Below are positions 49,523 to 60,165 of a DNA stretch of 64,000 bases, one piece after another. Under the pieces are notes generated by a model. It had not been told where the DNA came from, did no database searches, and was given only the letters and a program-made list of their open reading frames with translations. Numbering within the stretch: position 1 is the first letter of the stretch; every line of letters starts with the position of its first letter. The position numbers were made by a program, and so were the translations under genes. The DNA is from an uncultured Acidimicrobiaceae bacterium (GTDB taxonomy: Bacteria; Actinomycetota; Acidimicrobiia; Acidimicrobiales; Bog-793): assembly GCA_963836935.1 (NCBI GenBank), contig CAWILM010000030.1:20148-84147 (forward strand), in the 5' to 3' direction.

Positions 49523-50611
49523 CTAGAGCACCACGAGGTCGTCCCGGTGAACGACCTCGTGCGGCAGGTCGTCAGCCAACTCACCGCTGTGCAGGCCCAC
49601 CCACTCAGAGGCTCTCGCCGCGGCAAGCCGGACGATGCCCTTGGCGAACATCACATGATCGGCGCCGACGATCTCGACGGCGTCATCGGCCTCAAATGCG
49701 CCTTCCACGGCAAGCACGCCCGCCGGCAGCAGTGACTTGTGCCGTTCGACGACCGCGCGCCGGGCGCCGTCGTCGACGATGATCCGGCCGGCCGGGCGCA
49801 ACGCGAAGGCTATCCAGAGCTTGCGCGCCCCCAAAGACCGGCGGTGCGGCAGGAAGACCGTCCCCACGCCCTGCTGGCCGCTGACGGCTTCCGCCAGGAC
49901 CGAAGGGCGGCGCGCCGAGGCGATCACGACCCGGGAGCCGGACCACACGGCCATCTTCGCGGCGGCGAGTTTCGAGGACATGCCCCCGCGGCTCATGACG
50001 CTCGCGGCGCCCCCTGCGACCTGCTCGAGCTCACGGTCGATCTCGGCGACCTCCTCGATGAGGGTCGCGTCCGAGTTGTGGCGCGGGTCTGCGCTCAAAA
50101 GACCCGCCGTGTCCGTCAGAAGCACGAGCATGTCCGCCCGCAACAGGTGGGCGACGAGGGCGGCCAGCCGGTCGTTGTCGCCGAAACGGATCTCGTCGTC
50201 GGCGATGGCGTCGTTCTCGTTCACGATGGGAACGACCCCGAGCTCCAACAGGCGCAGGAAGGTGTCGCGGGCGTGCAGGTAGCGCTGGCGGTGGGCGAAG
50301 TCAAGCGGAGCCAGCAGCACCTGGCCGGCGAGCAGGCCCTCGACGGCCAGGGCGTCCTCGTAGACGCGCATGAGGCGCGGCTGGCCGATCGCAGACAGGG
50401 CCTGCAGCGTCTTCGGGTCGCTCCGGTACCCGGCGCGCGGCGCGACGGCCGCCACGCCGGCGGTGACGGCGCCCGAGGTGACGACCACGACAACGTGCCC
50501 GTCGCGGCGCAAAGCGGCGACCTCGCGGCAGAGTTTGGAGACCGCGGCCGTGTCGACAGAACCGTCGCTCGCGGTCACCGAGCTCGTGCCTATCTTCGCA
50601 ACCACGATCAC
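49523..50611 (-). CDS. proB: glutamate 5-kinase (with PUA domain)
   Basis: VVAKIGTSSVT, amino-acid kinase fold blocks (FGDNDRLAA, LLTD..GL), and a C-terminal PUA domain (GRIIVDDGA..., LLPAGV). Confidence 0.92.
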   Translation of the reverse strand: MIVVAKIGTSSVTASDGSVDTAAVSKLCREVAALRRDGHVVVVVTSGAVTAGVAAVAPRAGYRSDPKTLQALSAIGQPRLMRVYEDALAVEGLLAGQVLLAPLDFAHRQRYLHARDTFLRLLELGVVPIVNENDAIADDEIRFGDNDRLAALVAHLLRADMLVLLTDTAGLLSADPRHNSDATLIEEVAEIDRELEQVAGGAASVMSRGGMSSKLAAAKMAVWSGSRVVIASARRPSVLAEAVSGQQGVGTVFLPHRRSLGARKLWIAFALRPAGRIIVDDGARRAVVERHKSLLPAGVLAVEGAFEADDAVEIVGADHVMFAKGIVRLAAARASEWVGLHSGELADDLPHEVVHRDDLVVL

Positions 50612-50616
50612 TGCGC

Positions 50617-51933
50617 TCAGCGCTCCGACTCGTAGGTGAAACTCAGCTCGCCGATGTGAACCGTATCCCCGTCACGCGCCCCAGCCCGTGCGAGAGCCCG
50701 GTCGACGCCGATCCGCTTCAGGCGGCGGTGGATGTGCTCGAGCGCGTCCGGGTCGGTGAGATCGGAGACGGCCACCGCCCGCGCCGCCTCCCTTCCCGCC
50801 ACGACGAAGACCGCTCCCACCCGGTTCACCGTGACGCCCTCCGGTTCGGGACGGTGAACCACGCTCGCGTGGCGAGGCAGCGGCGCCGCGGCACGGGCCT
50901 CGGCGACCAGGACGGCGAGCCGGCCCAGAAGCTGGGGCAGCCCGGCGCCGGTCACAGCTGAGATCTCGAGCTCGGTCACTTCATCGGCCCGGTCGCCGCC
51001 TGCGGGCTCAGCCGAGGCCCCGGGCCCGTCACCGGTCCGCGCCGGGCGGCGGTCGGCCCTCGAGCCGACGATGATCCGCGGACGCTCCATGAGCTCGGGA
51101 CGGTACCGGCGCAGCTCGTCGAGAAGGATGCGGACCTGCTCGGAAGAGACCCGACCCTCGTCTTCCCCGAGGTCGGCGAGGACCACCAGCACCCGCGCCC
51201 GTTCCACGTGGCGAAGAAATTTGTGCCCGAGGCCGCGCCCCTCCGAAGCGCCCTCGATGAGGCCGGGGATGTCCGCGACCACGAACTCGACGGCATCTTC
51301 GTCCTGGCGGCTCGTTCCTCCGAAGCGCACGACGCCGAGGTGGGGCTCGAGGGTCGTGAAGGGGTAGTCGGCGATCTTCGGCCGCGCGGCGGAGATCCGC
51401 GAGACCAACGTCGACTTGCCGGCATTGGGGAACCCGACGACGGCGACGTCGGCCATCAGCTCGAGCTCGAGGTTCAGCCAGTGCTCCTCTCCGAGCTCCG
51501 CCTGCTCGGCGAAGGCGGGCGCGCGCAGGCGGTTGTTCAGGAAGCGGGCATTGCCCCGCCCGCCCCGCCCGCCGGCGGCGGCCATGTAGCGGTCCCCGCT
51601 GGAGGTGAGGTCTGCCAGCACGTCGCCGTTCGGGTGGCGCACGATCGTGCCGACGGGAACGGGCACGACGAGGTCCGCGCCGTTGCGGCCGTGTCGTTTC
51701 TTGCTTCCCCCGTGGCCCCCGTCTCCGGCGCGCCGGTGGGGATGGTCGACGAAGGACAACAGCGAGGCCAGGTTCGTCGTGGCCTCGAGGTAGACGCTGC
51801 CGCCCCGGCCACCGTCACCCCCGTCGGGGCCCCCCTTGGAGACGTGCGCCTCCCGGCGGAATGAGACCGCACCGGCACCCCCGTTGCCACCCTTCACGTG
51901 GATCTGGGACTCGTCGACGAAATCCGATGCCAC
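50617..51933 (-). CDS. obg: GTPase Obg/CgtA
   Basis: Obg fold N-terminus (FVDESQIHVKGGNGGAGAVSFRRE), G1 GFPNAGKST, G3 DIPGLIEGA, and a C-terminal TGS-like/OCT domain. Confidence 0.93.
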   Translation of the reverse strand: MASDFVDESQIHVKGGNGGAGAVSFRREAHVSKGGPDGGDGGRGGSVYLEATTNLASLLSFVDHPHRRAGDGGHGGSKKRHGRNGADLVVPVPVGTIVRHPNGDVLADLTSSGDRYMAAAGGRGGRGNARFLNNRLRAPAFAEQAELGEEHWLNLELELMADVAVVGFPNAGKSTLVSRISAARPKIADYPFTTLEPHLGVVRFGGTSRQDEDAVEFVVADIPGLIEGASEGRGLGHKFLRHVERARVLVVLADLGEDEGRVSSEQVRILLDELRRYRPELMERPRIIVGSRADRRPARTGDGPGASAEPAGGDRADEVTELEISAVTGAGLPQLLGRLAVLVAEARAAAPLPRHASVVHRPEPEGVTVNRVGAVFVVAGREAARAVAVSDLTDPDALEHIHRRLKRIGVDRALARAGARDGDTVHIGELSFTYESER

Positions 51934-52023
51934 GTTCAGCCCCTCCGCTCACAAGGCCCCGACGGGGCTGACGGCCGTCGGCGAGGCAGGCGGAGCGGCA
52001 CCGCCGACAGCCGCACCGGGGAT

Positions 52024-52590
52024 TCAGTTCGACGCCAGGTCAGCCGGGTACAAGGAGAGCACGGCGAGCCACCCGCCCTGACGGCGGAGAACCCGGGACC
52101 AGAGTTTCTCGGGATCGTCCGAAAGAACATCCTGGTCGTAGCCCACGAGCACATGCCACGATCCCGAGCCGATCTCGCTGGCAAGCTGTCCGGGCCCCCA
52201 GCCCGCGTAACCCGTGAACACGCGGATCTCAGAAAAGCGCACCGGGACACTGGTGGGGTCCTCGTGCAGGTCGACGGTGCCGAGACGACCGAGGAGCGGG
52301 GCGAAGCCGGCCGCGGCGGCAACCTCGGGCAGTTCGGTGCGCCCGATGCAGATAGCCGCGCTCGGCTGGACCGGGCCGCCGATGAAAAGGACCGGCGGTG
52401 CGGCCGCGAGACCTCCCCATTCCGGGACGACCTCCGCGACGGGGATGGGGCTCGGCCGGTTGAGGACGACGCCGAGAGTCCCTTCGTCATCGTCGTGGGC
52501 GAGAAGAAAGATGACGCTGCGGAAGAAGTTGGGGTCGACAAGAGTCGGCGATGCGACGAGCAACGACCCCTTGCCGGGAAGGCCGACCAT
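52024..52590 (-). CDS. YqgE/AlgH family protein (UPF0301)
   Basis: LLVASPTLVDPNFFRSVIFLLAHDDDEGTLGVVLNRPS... matches the AlgH/YqgE signature. 188 aa. Confidence 0.85.
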   Translation of the reverse strand: MVGLPGKGSLLVASPTLVDPNFFRSVIFLLAHDDDEGTLGVVLNRPSPIPVAEVVPEWGGLAAAPPVLFIGGPVQPSAAICIGRTELPEVAAAAGFAPLLGRLGTVDLHEDPTSVPVRFSEIRVFTGYAGWGPGQLASEIGSGSWHVLVGYDQDVLSDDPEKLWSRVLRRQGGWLAVLSLYPADLASN

Positions 52591-52603
52591 CTGCCGTCGG
52601 GCG

Positions 52604-52861
52604 TCAGTCCTCGACCGGCACGACGTCCACGAGCCGGCGCCCGTGGCGCGAGCCGAACTTCACCTTGCCGTCCGCCAGGGCGAACAGCGTGTCGTCGCGG
52701 CCGCGCCCGACGTTGTGGCCGGGATGGAAGTGCGTGCCGCGCTGGCGCACGACGATCGTGCCGGCGCTGATCGCCGTGTCGTCGAAGACCTTCACGCCGA
52801 GGCGCTGGGCGTTCGAGTCCCGGCCATTACGGGTGGAACCCCCGCCTTTGGTCTTTGACAT
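52604..52861 (-). CDS. rpmA: 50S ribosomal protein L27
   Basis: [24 protein letters not shown]...[25 protein letters not shown] is the canonical L27 sequence. Confidence 0.95.
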   Translation of the reverse strand: MSKTKGGGSTRNGRDSNAQRLGVKVFDDTAISAGTIVVRQRGTHFHPGHNVGRGRDDTLFALADGKVKFGSRHGRRLVDVVPVED

Positions 52862-52873
52862 GAAACTGCTCCT

Positions 52874-53260
52874 TCAGTCCTCGACGACCGCGGTGGGCTC
52901 GTCCTCCAAGTCCGCCGGCACCTGCGGCGCGGCGCTGTCTCTCGCCGCCCCGGGGAAGTCGATCGCAGTGATCTCGACGGTCGTGTACCACTGACGGTGC
53001 CCATAGCGGCGCCGGCCTCGTGCCTTGGCCTTGTAGGTGAACCCGACGATCTTCGGTCCCTTCGCCAGGCCGATCACGCGGCCCTTGACGCTCGAGGCCT
53101 CCAACGGGTCGCGTTCGGTCACGATGTGGTCGCCGTCGACAACCAGCTTGGGCACGAAGCTCACCTCGTCGCCCGGCCCAGCGCTCAAGAGCTCGACGTC
53201 GAGCTGTTCGCCGACCTGGACACGTGCCTGCTTGCCACCTGCGTCAATTACCGCGTACAT
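52874..53260 (-). CDS. rplU: 50S ribosomal protein L21 (acidic C-terminal tail)
   Basis: From ATG 53260: MYAVIDAGGKQARVQVGEQLDVE...KGPKIVGFTYKAKARGRRRYGHRQ. Confidence 0.92.
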   Translation of the reverse strand: MYAVIDAGGKQARVQVGEQLDVELLSAGPGDEVSFVPKLVVDGDHIVTERDPLEASSVKGRVIGLAKGPKIVGFTYKAKARGRRRYGHRQWYTTVEITAIDFPGAARDSAAPQVPADLEDEPTAVVED

Positions 53261-53285
53261 ATGCCGGCAACGATAGCGCAGGGAA

Positions 53286-55143
53286 TCACAAGTCCTGATC
53301 GGGGAAGATAATCCCCCGTCCAGCGCAGGTCGGGCACGTCTCCGAGAGGGCCTCGACCAGGCCTTCTCCCACACGCTTGCGCGTCATCTCCACGAGGCCC
53401 AGCTCCGAGATCTCATAGACCTGCGTCGGTGTCTTGTCACGCGCGAGCGCCGCCTTGAACGCCGCCAGCACCGCGGTGCGGTTCGCCTTGATCTCCATGT
53501 CGACGAAGTCGATGACGATGATCCCCCCGATGTCCCGCAAACGCAGCTGGCGGGCGATCTCCTCGGCGGCCTCGAGGTTGTTCTCGAAGACGGTCTCCTC
53601 GAGGCTCGAGGAGCCCACGTTCTTGCCGGTGTTGACGTCGATGACCGTGAGCGCCTCGGTCCGCTCGATGATGAGCGACCCTCCCGAGGGCAGCCAGACC
53701 TTGCGGTCGAGCGCCTTGTGGAGCTGCTCGTGGACGTGGTGCCGCTCGAACAGCGGCAGCGGTTCGTTCGAAAGGTCGTAAAGCTCGACGCGCTCGGCGA
53801 GCTCGGGGTTGAACTGCGAGACGTAGTCCCGCACGATCACGAACAGCTCGGGATCGTCGATGAGGACCGACCGGTGCTCGTCGGTCAGCTCCTCGCGGAT
53901 GATCCGCACCGCCATGTGCGGCTCTGAGTACAAGAGTGCCGGCGCAGGCAGCTTGCGCGTGCGCTCGTCGATCTCACGCCAGCGGCCGACGAGCATCTCG
54001 ACGTCGCGGCGCAGGTCCTCGGCGCTGGCCCCGGCCGCGGCCGTCCGCACGATGAGGCCGTGGCCGTCCGGGCGGACGTCGTCGAGGATCCTTCGCAGCC
54101 TGCGGCGCTCATTGTCGTCGAGCCGACGTGAGATCCCGTAGGTAGCCGACTCGGGCACCAGCACGACGAAGCGGCCGGGAATCGACACCTCCTGGGTCAG
54201 CCGAGCCCCCTTCAACCCGATCGGGTTCTTCGTCACCTGGCAGACGATCGTCTGGCCCGGCCGGAGCAGGTGCTCGATCCGATCGGCGCCGGCTTGGCGC
54301 TCGACGTCGTCCCGGTCGTAGGAAACGTCACCCCAGTAAAGGACGGCGTTCTTGGGGGTCCCGATGTCCACGAAGGCGGCTTCCATGCCCGGGAGCACGT
54401 TCTTCACACGCCCGCGGTAGATGTTGCCGACAATCTGGTTCGCGTCGTCCTGCGGACGCGCCACGAAGTGCTCGATGAGAGCCCGGCCTTCGAGCACGGC
54501 GATGTGGGTCGCCTCCTGCTCGACGTGCACACACATGAGGTAGCGGCCGACCGGCCGGCCCCGCCGGTCCCGCGCCAGCCTCTGCACCGGACCCGCATCG
54601 GACCCGGCCAAAGCCGCCGCGTGCACGGGCGCCCGCCGCGACTGGGTGTTGCCGGCGCCTTTGTTCCTCGATGCACGTGGAGCGCTCGTGCGGTTGGAAA
54701 CTGCGCCGACGTCAGCCCCGGAGCCGTCGGACCCGGCCCCGTTCGCCTCGGTGGATGCCGCCGAAGAACCGGCGCTGCTGCTCCCACGGCGTGACCGCCC
54801 CCGCCCGCCGCGCCGTCGTCGGGACGAGCCGGCGCCCGGTGCAGTTGCGGCGGCGGTGCCATCACCGTTCTCGCCGCGCGACAATTCGCCCTGTTGGCCC
54901 GACGGTGCCCTGCGCCCGTCACCTGCGGGCGCCGCAACCGGCTCGGCCGGCTTAGAGAACGGCGGTGCGGGCCTCGTATCGCCGATCTTCGGCCTTTGGG
55001 GCACCGCTGTGGCGCTTGTGCCGCTCGCAAGCGGGCCGGGCGGCTCTTCGTTGCGCCGCGCCGCTCGCCACCTCGGGCGCACCGGCGGCGCGTTCGGGCG
55101 CGTCCGGTACAGACGCCGGGCGGCCGGTCGTCGGATCCAACAT
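53286..55143 (-). CDS. rne: ribonuclease E/G (N-terminus uncertain, probable frame disruption)
   Basis: S1 and catalytic core (GNIYRGRVKNVLPGMEAAFVDIG, LVPES..YGISRRL, DFVDM, CPTCAGRG) are preceded by an Arg/Ser-rich region. A high-GC3 ORF in another frame (MLDPTTGRPASVPDAPER..., ATG 55143) looks like the true N-terminus and would join near 55000-55090. Confidence 0.8.
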
Positions 55144-55552
55144 CGGGGAGATCCCTTCTAAAGGTCGCGCCAGCAAGCGGCGCGGGCGGCCTTCCTCGAG
55201 CAGCACCGCGGTGAGTCGCCTCTCCGGTGCACTCGGACAGAGGGCCGAGACTGAATGCGAAAGCACGTTCTTTGTCGTCTCGTTCGCGGGGCCCCGCGAA
55301 AATTTGGGAGACGTTACGGTCGGTGACAGCGAAAATGACGTAGCAGGCTACGGCCGCAGCAGCAATCGAAAAGGCTCGAGCGACCGAGCTCGATTGTGTG
55401 AAGGCCCTTGACGTCGTCATCCTGGCCTGCAGTTTAGTCGAGCCCCTGCGCCGCCCCGCGCCAGCCGGCGAGTTGACGTTCTTCAGAAACCTCCGCCGAG
55501 CCCGACCGACGGCTGCACCAAGGCGAGAGCGGGGCACGTGCCCGCCTGGCGA

Positions 55553-57697
55553 TCAGGGAACGTTCGCCGGGGGGCGCAGGTCCGAAAAACCGACGGGGTG
55601 GTTGGTCAGGTAGGTGAAGATGTCACGCGCCACAGGTGCTGCCGCGGCCGCGCCGTAGCCCGCCTGGTCGATCACCACGGCGACCACATAACGCGGGGCG
55701 CTCGTCGGTCCGAAAGCGACGAACCACGCGGTCGGCTGCACGTTGGTATTCGAGCTCTCCGTGGCCGTGCCGGTCTTGCCCGCCAGCGGCATCCCGTTGT
55801 AGCCCTGGAACGTGGCGTAGGCAGTGCCGTTCGAGGAGTAAATGGCGCCCTCGAGGCCGCTCAAGAGCTGTTGATACGTGCTCGGTGGCAACTCGACGTG
55901 CCCCGTTGCGCGCGGCTTGAACTGTCTCAGAACCTTGCCGGTCGGCGAGACGATCGCGTTGACGACCTGCGGGGCGTATCGGGTGCCGCCGGCCGCGAAC
56001 GTCCCGTAGGCGACAGCCTCCTGCAGCGGGGTGACCAGGGTCTCGCCCTGCCCGAAGGCCATCTCGATGTTGTCGGCGATACCGTAATAGGTGCTGGGGA
56101 AGGCCTGCGGTGCCTCGGAGTGCTGGACCTGGCGCAGCCGCGGGCTGTCGACCTGGCCGGAGTACTCGTTCGGGAGGTCGATCCCGGTGAGGCGCCCGAA
56201 GCCGTACTGCTCGGCGGCGTCCTGGATGGGCGTCCGCCCGTAGGTGCCCGAGTCGTACCAGTAGTCGGCCCCGAGGGTGTAGAAGAACACGTCGTCGGAG
56301 ACCGTGAGGGCCGTCGTCACGTTGATCGGCCCCTGGCCCTTCTCGTTCAGGTTGTTGTGGTAGAGGCATTGTCCGCTGCAGGGCGGGCCGATCTGGTAGT
56401 AGCCCCGGTCGTCGATGTAACCCCCGAGGCTGGCGAGAAGGCCTTCGTTCAGGGCCGCGGTCGCAGTCGCGAGCTTGAAGGTGGAACCGGGAGCCCAAAG
56501 GCCCTGGATCGCTCGGTTGAGCAGAGGCTCGTGATCAGCCTGGCTCGTCAAGAGCTGATAGTGCTGGTCGGAGATGCCGCCCACCCACCATGACGGGTTG
56601 TAGGAGGGGACCGACGCCATGGCGAAGACGGCTCCGGTCTCGGGGTCGAGCACGACTGCCGCGCCAGAGTCGGCCGGCAGGCCACTCGCCTGCAGCTTGA
56701 GGATCTGGTTGGTCAGAGCCTGCTCGACCTCCTGCTGCAGATTGAGGTCGATGTTGAGCACGACGTCGTCACCGCTCGCCGGGGGCACGGTCTTCACGGT
56801 GCCGACGGGGTTGCCGGAGGCGTCGACCTTGATGACCTCCGATCCGGGCCGGCCCCGCAGCCACAGCTCGTCGGTCGCCTCGACACCGGATTGGCCGACG
56901 ACATCGTTGGAGTTGTAGCCGTACTTCGCCAATATGTGGAGCTCGGCCGCGTCGATATCGCCCGTGTAACCGAGGACTTGCGCCGCGGTGTCGCCGCGCG
57001 GGTAGGTCCGTTCGGCCGTGAAGTTGACCGAGACCCCGGGGAACATGCCCCTGTGCTCGGACAGGTAGACGATGGTCGACTGGGGTACCCCGATCGCTAT
57101 CGGCACCGGTTGGTAGGGGCTCGCCTGCGGGTTCGCGAGGGAAGTGTCGACATCTGCGACGCTCTGGTCGAGCAGCGCCGCCAAGCGCCCGATGACCGCC
57201 GGGGTCGCCTCCGAGCGGCTGAGCGTGACGACCGGGAGCACCTGGTCGCCCACGAGAACCTGTCCTCCGCGAGCGATGATCAGGCCGCGCGCCGGCGTGA
57301 TCGGGACCGTCTGTTGTTGGAAGACGAGAGCGGCGTTGCGGTAGTGCGAGCTGTGAAGGACTTGGAGGGACCAGAGCCGGACCAACACGGCCGAGAAGGC
57401 AACCAGCACGACAAGGCCCATGACCGTGAGACGAAGACCGAAGCGAGCGCTCTCCTGTCGGCGCTGCTGCTCGCGCTCCTCCTCCTCGAGGCGCTTCAGC
57501 GGGCTCGAGCTCACGATCCTGGTTCTGTGCCGCTCGCCTTCTTCGTCGGCTGGGAAGTACGGGGCCTTGGCCGGCTTGGGCAGGCGGGTACGGGCCGGAT
57601 CCGCGGGTCGCGCGAAGGCCGCTGGTCGCGGGGTTGGCGGGGAGGGTGGGACCGCTCCGGCGGCTCGGGACCTCTGCCCGAGGCGCTCACCTGGCAC
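55553..57697 (-). CDS. mrdA: penicillin-binding protein 2 (elongasome D,D-transpeptidase)
   Basis: N-terminal TM anchor, PBP dimerisation domain, and transpeptidase motifs STFK (APGSTFKLAT), SSN and KTGT (AGKTGTA). Start placed at GTG 57697, overlapping the mreD end. It follows mreBCD. Confidence 0.85.
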   Translation of the reverse strand: MPGERLGQRSRAAGAVPPSPPTPRPAAFARPADPARTRLPKPAKAPYFPADEEGERHRTRIVSSSPLKRLEEEEREQQRRQESARFGLRLTVMGLVVLVAFSAVLVRLWSLQVLHSSHYRNAALVFQQQTVPITPARGLIIARGGQVLVGDQVLPVVTLSRSEATPAVIGRLAALLDQSVADVDTSLANPQASPYQPVPIAIGVPQSTIVYLSEHRGMFPGVSVNFTAERTYPRGDTAAQVLGYTGDIDAAELHILAKYGYNSNDVVGQSGVEATDELWLRGRPGSEVIKVDASGNPVGTVKTVPPASGDDVVLNIDLNLQQEVEQALTNQILKLQASGLPADSGAAVVLDPETGAVFAMASVPSYNPSWWVGGISDQHYQLLTSQADHEPLLNRAIQGLWAPGSTFKLATATAALNEGLLASLGGYIDDRGYYQIGPPCSGQCLYHNNLNEKGQGPINVTTALTVSDDVFFYTLGADYWYDSGTYGRTPIQDAAEQYGFGRLTGIDLPNEYSGQVDSPRLRQVQHSEAPQAFPSTYYGIADNIEMAFGQGETLVTPLQEAVAYGTFAAGGTRYAPQVVNAIVSPTGKVLRQFKPRATGHVELPPSTYQQLLSGLEGAIYSSNGTAYATFQGYNGMPLAGKTGTATESSNTNVQPTAWFVAFGPTSAPRYVVAVVIDQAGYGAAAAAPVARDIFTYLTNHPVGFSDLRPPANVP

Positions 57698-58275
57698 TCC
57701 CGCTCGCGAACGCGCCCGCGTCACGGTAGGCCCCCGGGGCGACGGCGAGGGTCCACTCGATGAGGCGGTACGCGGGATTGGCGAACAGCACACAGCCGGC
57801 CGCAACGACCACCGCGATGACCACGAGCTGGTGGTGAGGCACGCTCGGCTGACCGATGAGAGTCCCGAGCCCGGCGAAGAGCAATGTCCCGCCCACCCCG
57901 CCGAGCAGCGCCGTCGCGGCCTGCAAACCGAAGGTCGGCCGCGTGGTCACCGTCCCGGCCGCCAGACCCACGGCGAAGGCCACAAGCACGTAACAAAGCG
58001 AGGACAAGCCGTAGGGGGTCGGCACGAACACATCGGCGACGAGCCCCGAGCGCGAAACCCAGCACGGCCCCGCGTTGCGGGCCGGCCACGAGGCCGGCCG
58101 AGATTGCCAGCAGCAGGAAGGCGTCAGGATGGGCGCCCCCGATCACGATCTGGTTCAGGACGCATACCTGGACGAACACCACCGCCAGGGTGATGACCAC
58201 GAGCCGGCCCCAAGTCCGAATACTCACGACGGAGCCGCCCCGCCTCGCCCCGCCGGCTTTGGCGCGAGCCCACAT
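57687..58275 (-). CDS. mreD: rod shape-determining protein MreD, one frame disruption as assembled
   Basis: Hydrophobic multi-TM protein directly after mreC. The N-half is in the 58275 frame (...LLLAISAGLVAGPQRGAVLGFALG). The C-half is in the 57687..58031 frame (LVADVFVPTPYGLSSLCYVLVAF...). The junction is at the C4 run 58044-58047 (G4 on the coding strand). Confidence 0.72.
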
Positions 58276-58285
58276 CGGGGCCTTG

Positions 58286-59119
58286 TCAAGCCGGCGGGAA
58301 CCACTGCAGCACGGCCACGTACTGGAGGACCAGGAGGTTGACGAACGGTGTCACGAGGACCTGGGACGTGAGCGACCCACCAGTGTGATGCACCGACGCC
58401 ACGGTACCCACCGGGATGCCCGATGGGTAGGCGGCAAGCTCGAGGCCGCTCGTGACGACGGCCGCGCCGCGGCTCGTGACGCTCGTCTCGGACACGTCCT
58501 GTAGTTGCAGGGGATCGCCCTCGCCCTGGCCGACGGCGACGGCAACGTTCCCGGTCCCGAAGCGGACCCCGACCTCAGATCTGGGATCGGTCAACACTTG
58601 GACGATCGCCGTGTGCTGCCCGGCCGAGATCACCGATCCGACCAGCCCGACACCGGACACGACGGGCATCCCCACGCCGACCCCGTTCGAGGTGCCAAGG
58701 TCGACCTCGATCGTGAGGTCGAAATTGGACGAGGGGGAGGAGATCACCTCACCCAGCACCTCAGGGATCCCATCCGCGAAAGGAAGGTTCTGCTCCGAGC
58801 GCAACTGGTCGAGCTGGCTTTGAGACTGTGCAGCTTCGATCAGCTGGCGACGGAGATGGCCCACCTCGAGTTGCAGCCGCTGGTTCTCGCCGAGAACGCC
58901 GCCGTAGCCCGCCATGCCGGCAAAGAGGTTGCCGATCGGGTGCAGGGCGGCCGCGACGCCGCGCTGGAGCGGGGCGACCACGTCCGCCGCGCCGTTTCGG
59001 ACCGAGCCGATGGCGCGTCGTGCCTCGCCCTTGTAGGCGACCGTTATCACCGTGATCGAGGCGAGAAGCAGGATGGCCAGCGTAAGGCGCTGGCTGGTGT
59101 TGCGGCGAGAGGCGGCCAC
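58286..59119 (-). CDS. mreC: rod shape-determining protein MreC
   Basis: N-terminal TM, coiled coil (ENQRLQLEVGHLRRQLIE), and beta-barrel domains (GMPVVSGVGLVGSV, GIPVGTV). Confidence 0.88.
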   Translation of the reverse strand: MAASRRNTSQRLTLAILLLASITVITVAYKGEARRAIGSVRNGAADVVAPLQRGVAAALHPIGNLFAGMAGYGGVLGENQRLQLEVGHLRRQLIEAAQSQSQLDQLRSEQNLPFADGIPEVLGEVISSPSSNFDLTIEVDLGTSNGVGVGMPVVSGVGLVGSVISAGQHTAIVQVLTDPRSEVGVRFGTGNVAVAVGQGEGDPLQLQDVSETSVTSRGAAVVTSGLELAAYPSGIPVGTVASVHHTGGSLTSQVLVTPFVNLLVLQYVAVLQWFPPA

Positions 59120-59133
59120 CGCGACCCCGGAGG

Positions 59134-60165
59134 TCAGCGGTTGGTCGAGGAGATGAGGACCTGCTTCAGGGCCTCGAACTCCTCAAGGCACATGCCGCTG
59201 CCGAGCGCAACGCAGTTGAGGGGATCCGGAGCCACGACGATCGGCATGTGCGTCTCCGCCTGGAGCCTGCTGTCGAGCCCGTGCAAGAGCGCGCCGCCGC
59301 CCGTGAGCACGATGCCTTGTTCCATGATGTCCGCCGCCAGCTCGGGCGGAGTGCGGTCCAAGGTGACCTTGACCGCGTCGACGATCGCCGAGACAGGCTC
59401 TTCGATGGCTTTACGGATCTCCTCGGTTGTCGTGACAACGGTCTTCGGAAGGCCGGTCACGAGGTCGCGACCACGGATCTCGGCATGGAGCTCTTCTTCG
59501 AGCTCATAGGCCGAGCCGAGAGCGATCTTGATCTCCTCTGCCGTCCGCTCACCGAGAGCGAGGCTGTACTCCTTCTTCACGAACGAGATGATCGCCTCGT
59601 CGAGCTCGTCCCCACCGATCCGGATTGACTGGCTGACGACGATGCCGCCGAGCGATATCACCGCGACCTCTGTCGTGCCGCCGCCGATGTCGACGACCAT
59701 GTTGCCGGTCGGCTCGTGGATGGGGAGGCCCGCACCGATGGCGGCCGCCATGGGCTCCTCGATGATGTAGGCCTTGCGGGCACCGGCGTACTCGGCGGCC
59801 TCCTGCACAGCGCGCTTTTCGACCCCGGTGATGCCCGAGGGCACGCAGATGACCATGCGCGGCTTGGAGAAACGATGGGGGTGGACCCGGCGGATGAAGT
59901 AGCGCAGCATCATCTCGCAGATCTCGAAATCGGCGATCACGCCGTCCTTGAGGGGCCGGATCGCCTGGATGTTGCTCGGCGTCCGGCCTATCATCCGCTT
60001 GGCCTCGACGCCGACGGCGAGCGGGTGGCCGTCCTTGACGTTGATCGCGACGACAGACGGCTCGTTGAGGACGATCCCGCGACCACGGACGTAGACGAGC
60101 GTGTTGGCGGTGCCGAGGTCGACGGCCATGTCACGACCGATGAAGGAGAACCTGCTTTCAGGCAT
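59134..60165 (-). CDS. mreB: rod shape-determining actin homologue MreB
   Basis: [10 protein letters not shown], ...[23 protein letters not shown]. Full-length canonical MreB, 343 aa. Confidence 0.95.
   Translation of the reverse strand: MPESRFSFIGRDMAVDLGTANTLVYVRGRGIVLNEPSVVAINVKDGHPLAVGVEAKRMIGRTPSNIQAIRPLKDGVIADFEICEMMLRYFIRRVHPHRFSKPRMVICVPSGITGVEKRAVQEAAEYAGARKAYIIEEPMAAAIGAGLPIHEPTGNMVVDIGGGTTEVAVISLGGIVVSQSIRIGGDELDEAIISFVKKEYSLALGERTAEEIKIALGSAYELEEELHAEIRGRDLVTGLPKTVVTTTEEIRKAIEEPVSAIVDAVKVTLDRTPPELAADIMEQGIVLTGGGALLHGLDSRLQAETHMPIVVAPDPLNCVALGSGMCLEEFEALKQVLISSTNR

Noticed and set aside
52805-52825. tRNA T-arm-like string gttcgagtccc
   Set aside because: It lies inside rpmA (L27) coding sequence on the opposite strand. 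I could not draw an acceptor stem or anticodon arm around it.
55180-55420. Small TM-like ORF (MTTSRAFTQSSSVARAFSIAAAAVACYVIFAV...) upstream of rne
   Set aside because: Third-position GC is only moderate for this genome. There is no stop before it merges out-of-frame into rne, and no Shine-Dalgarno is evident. This is more likely leader RNA.
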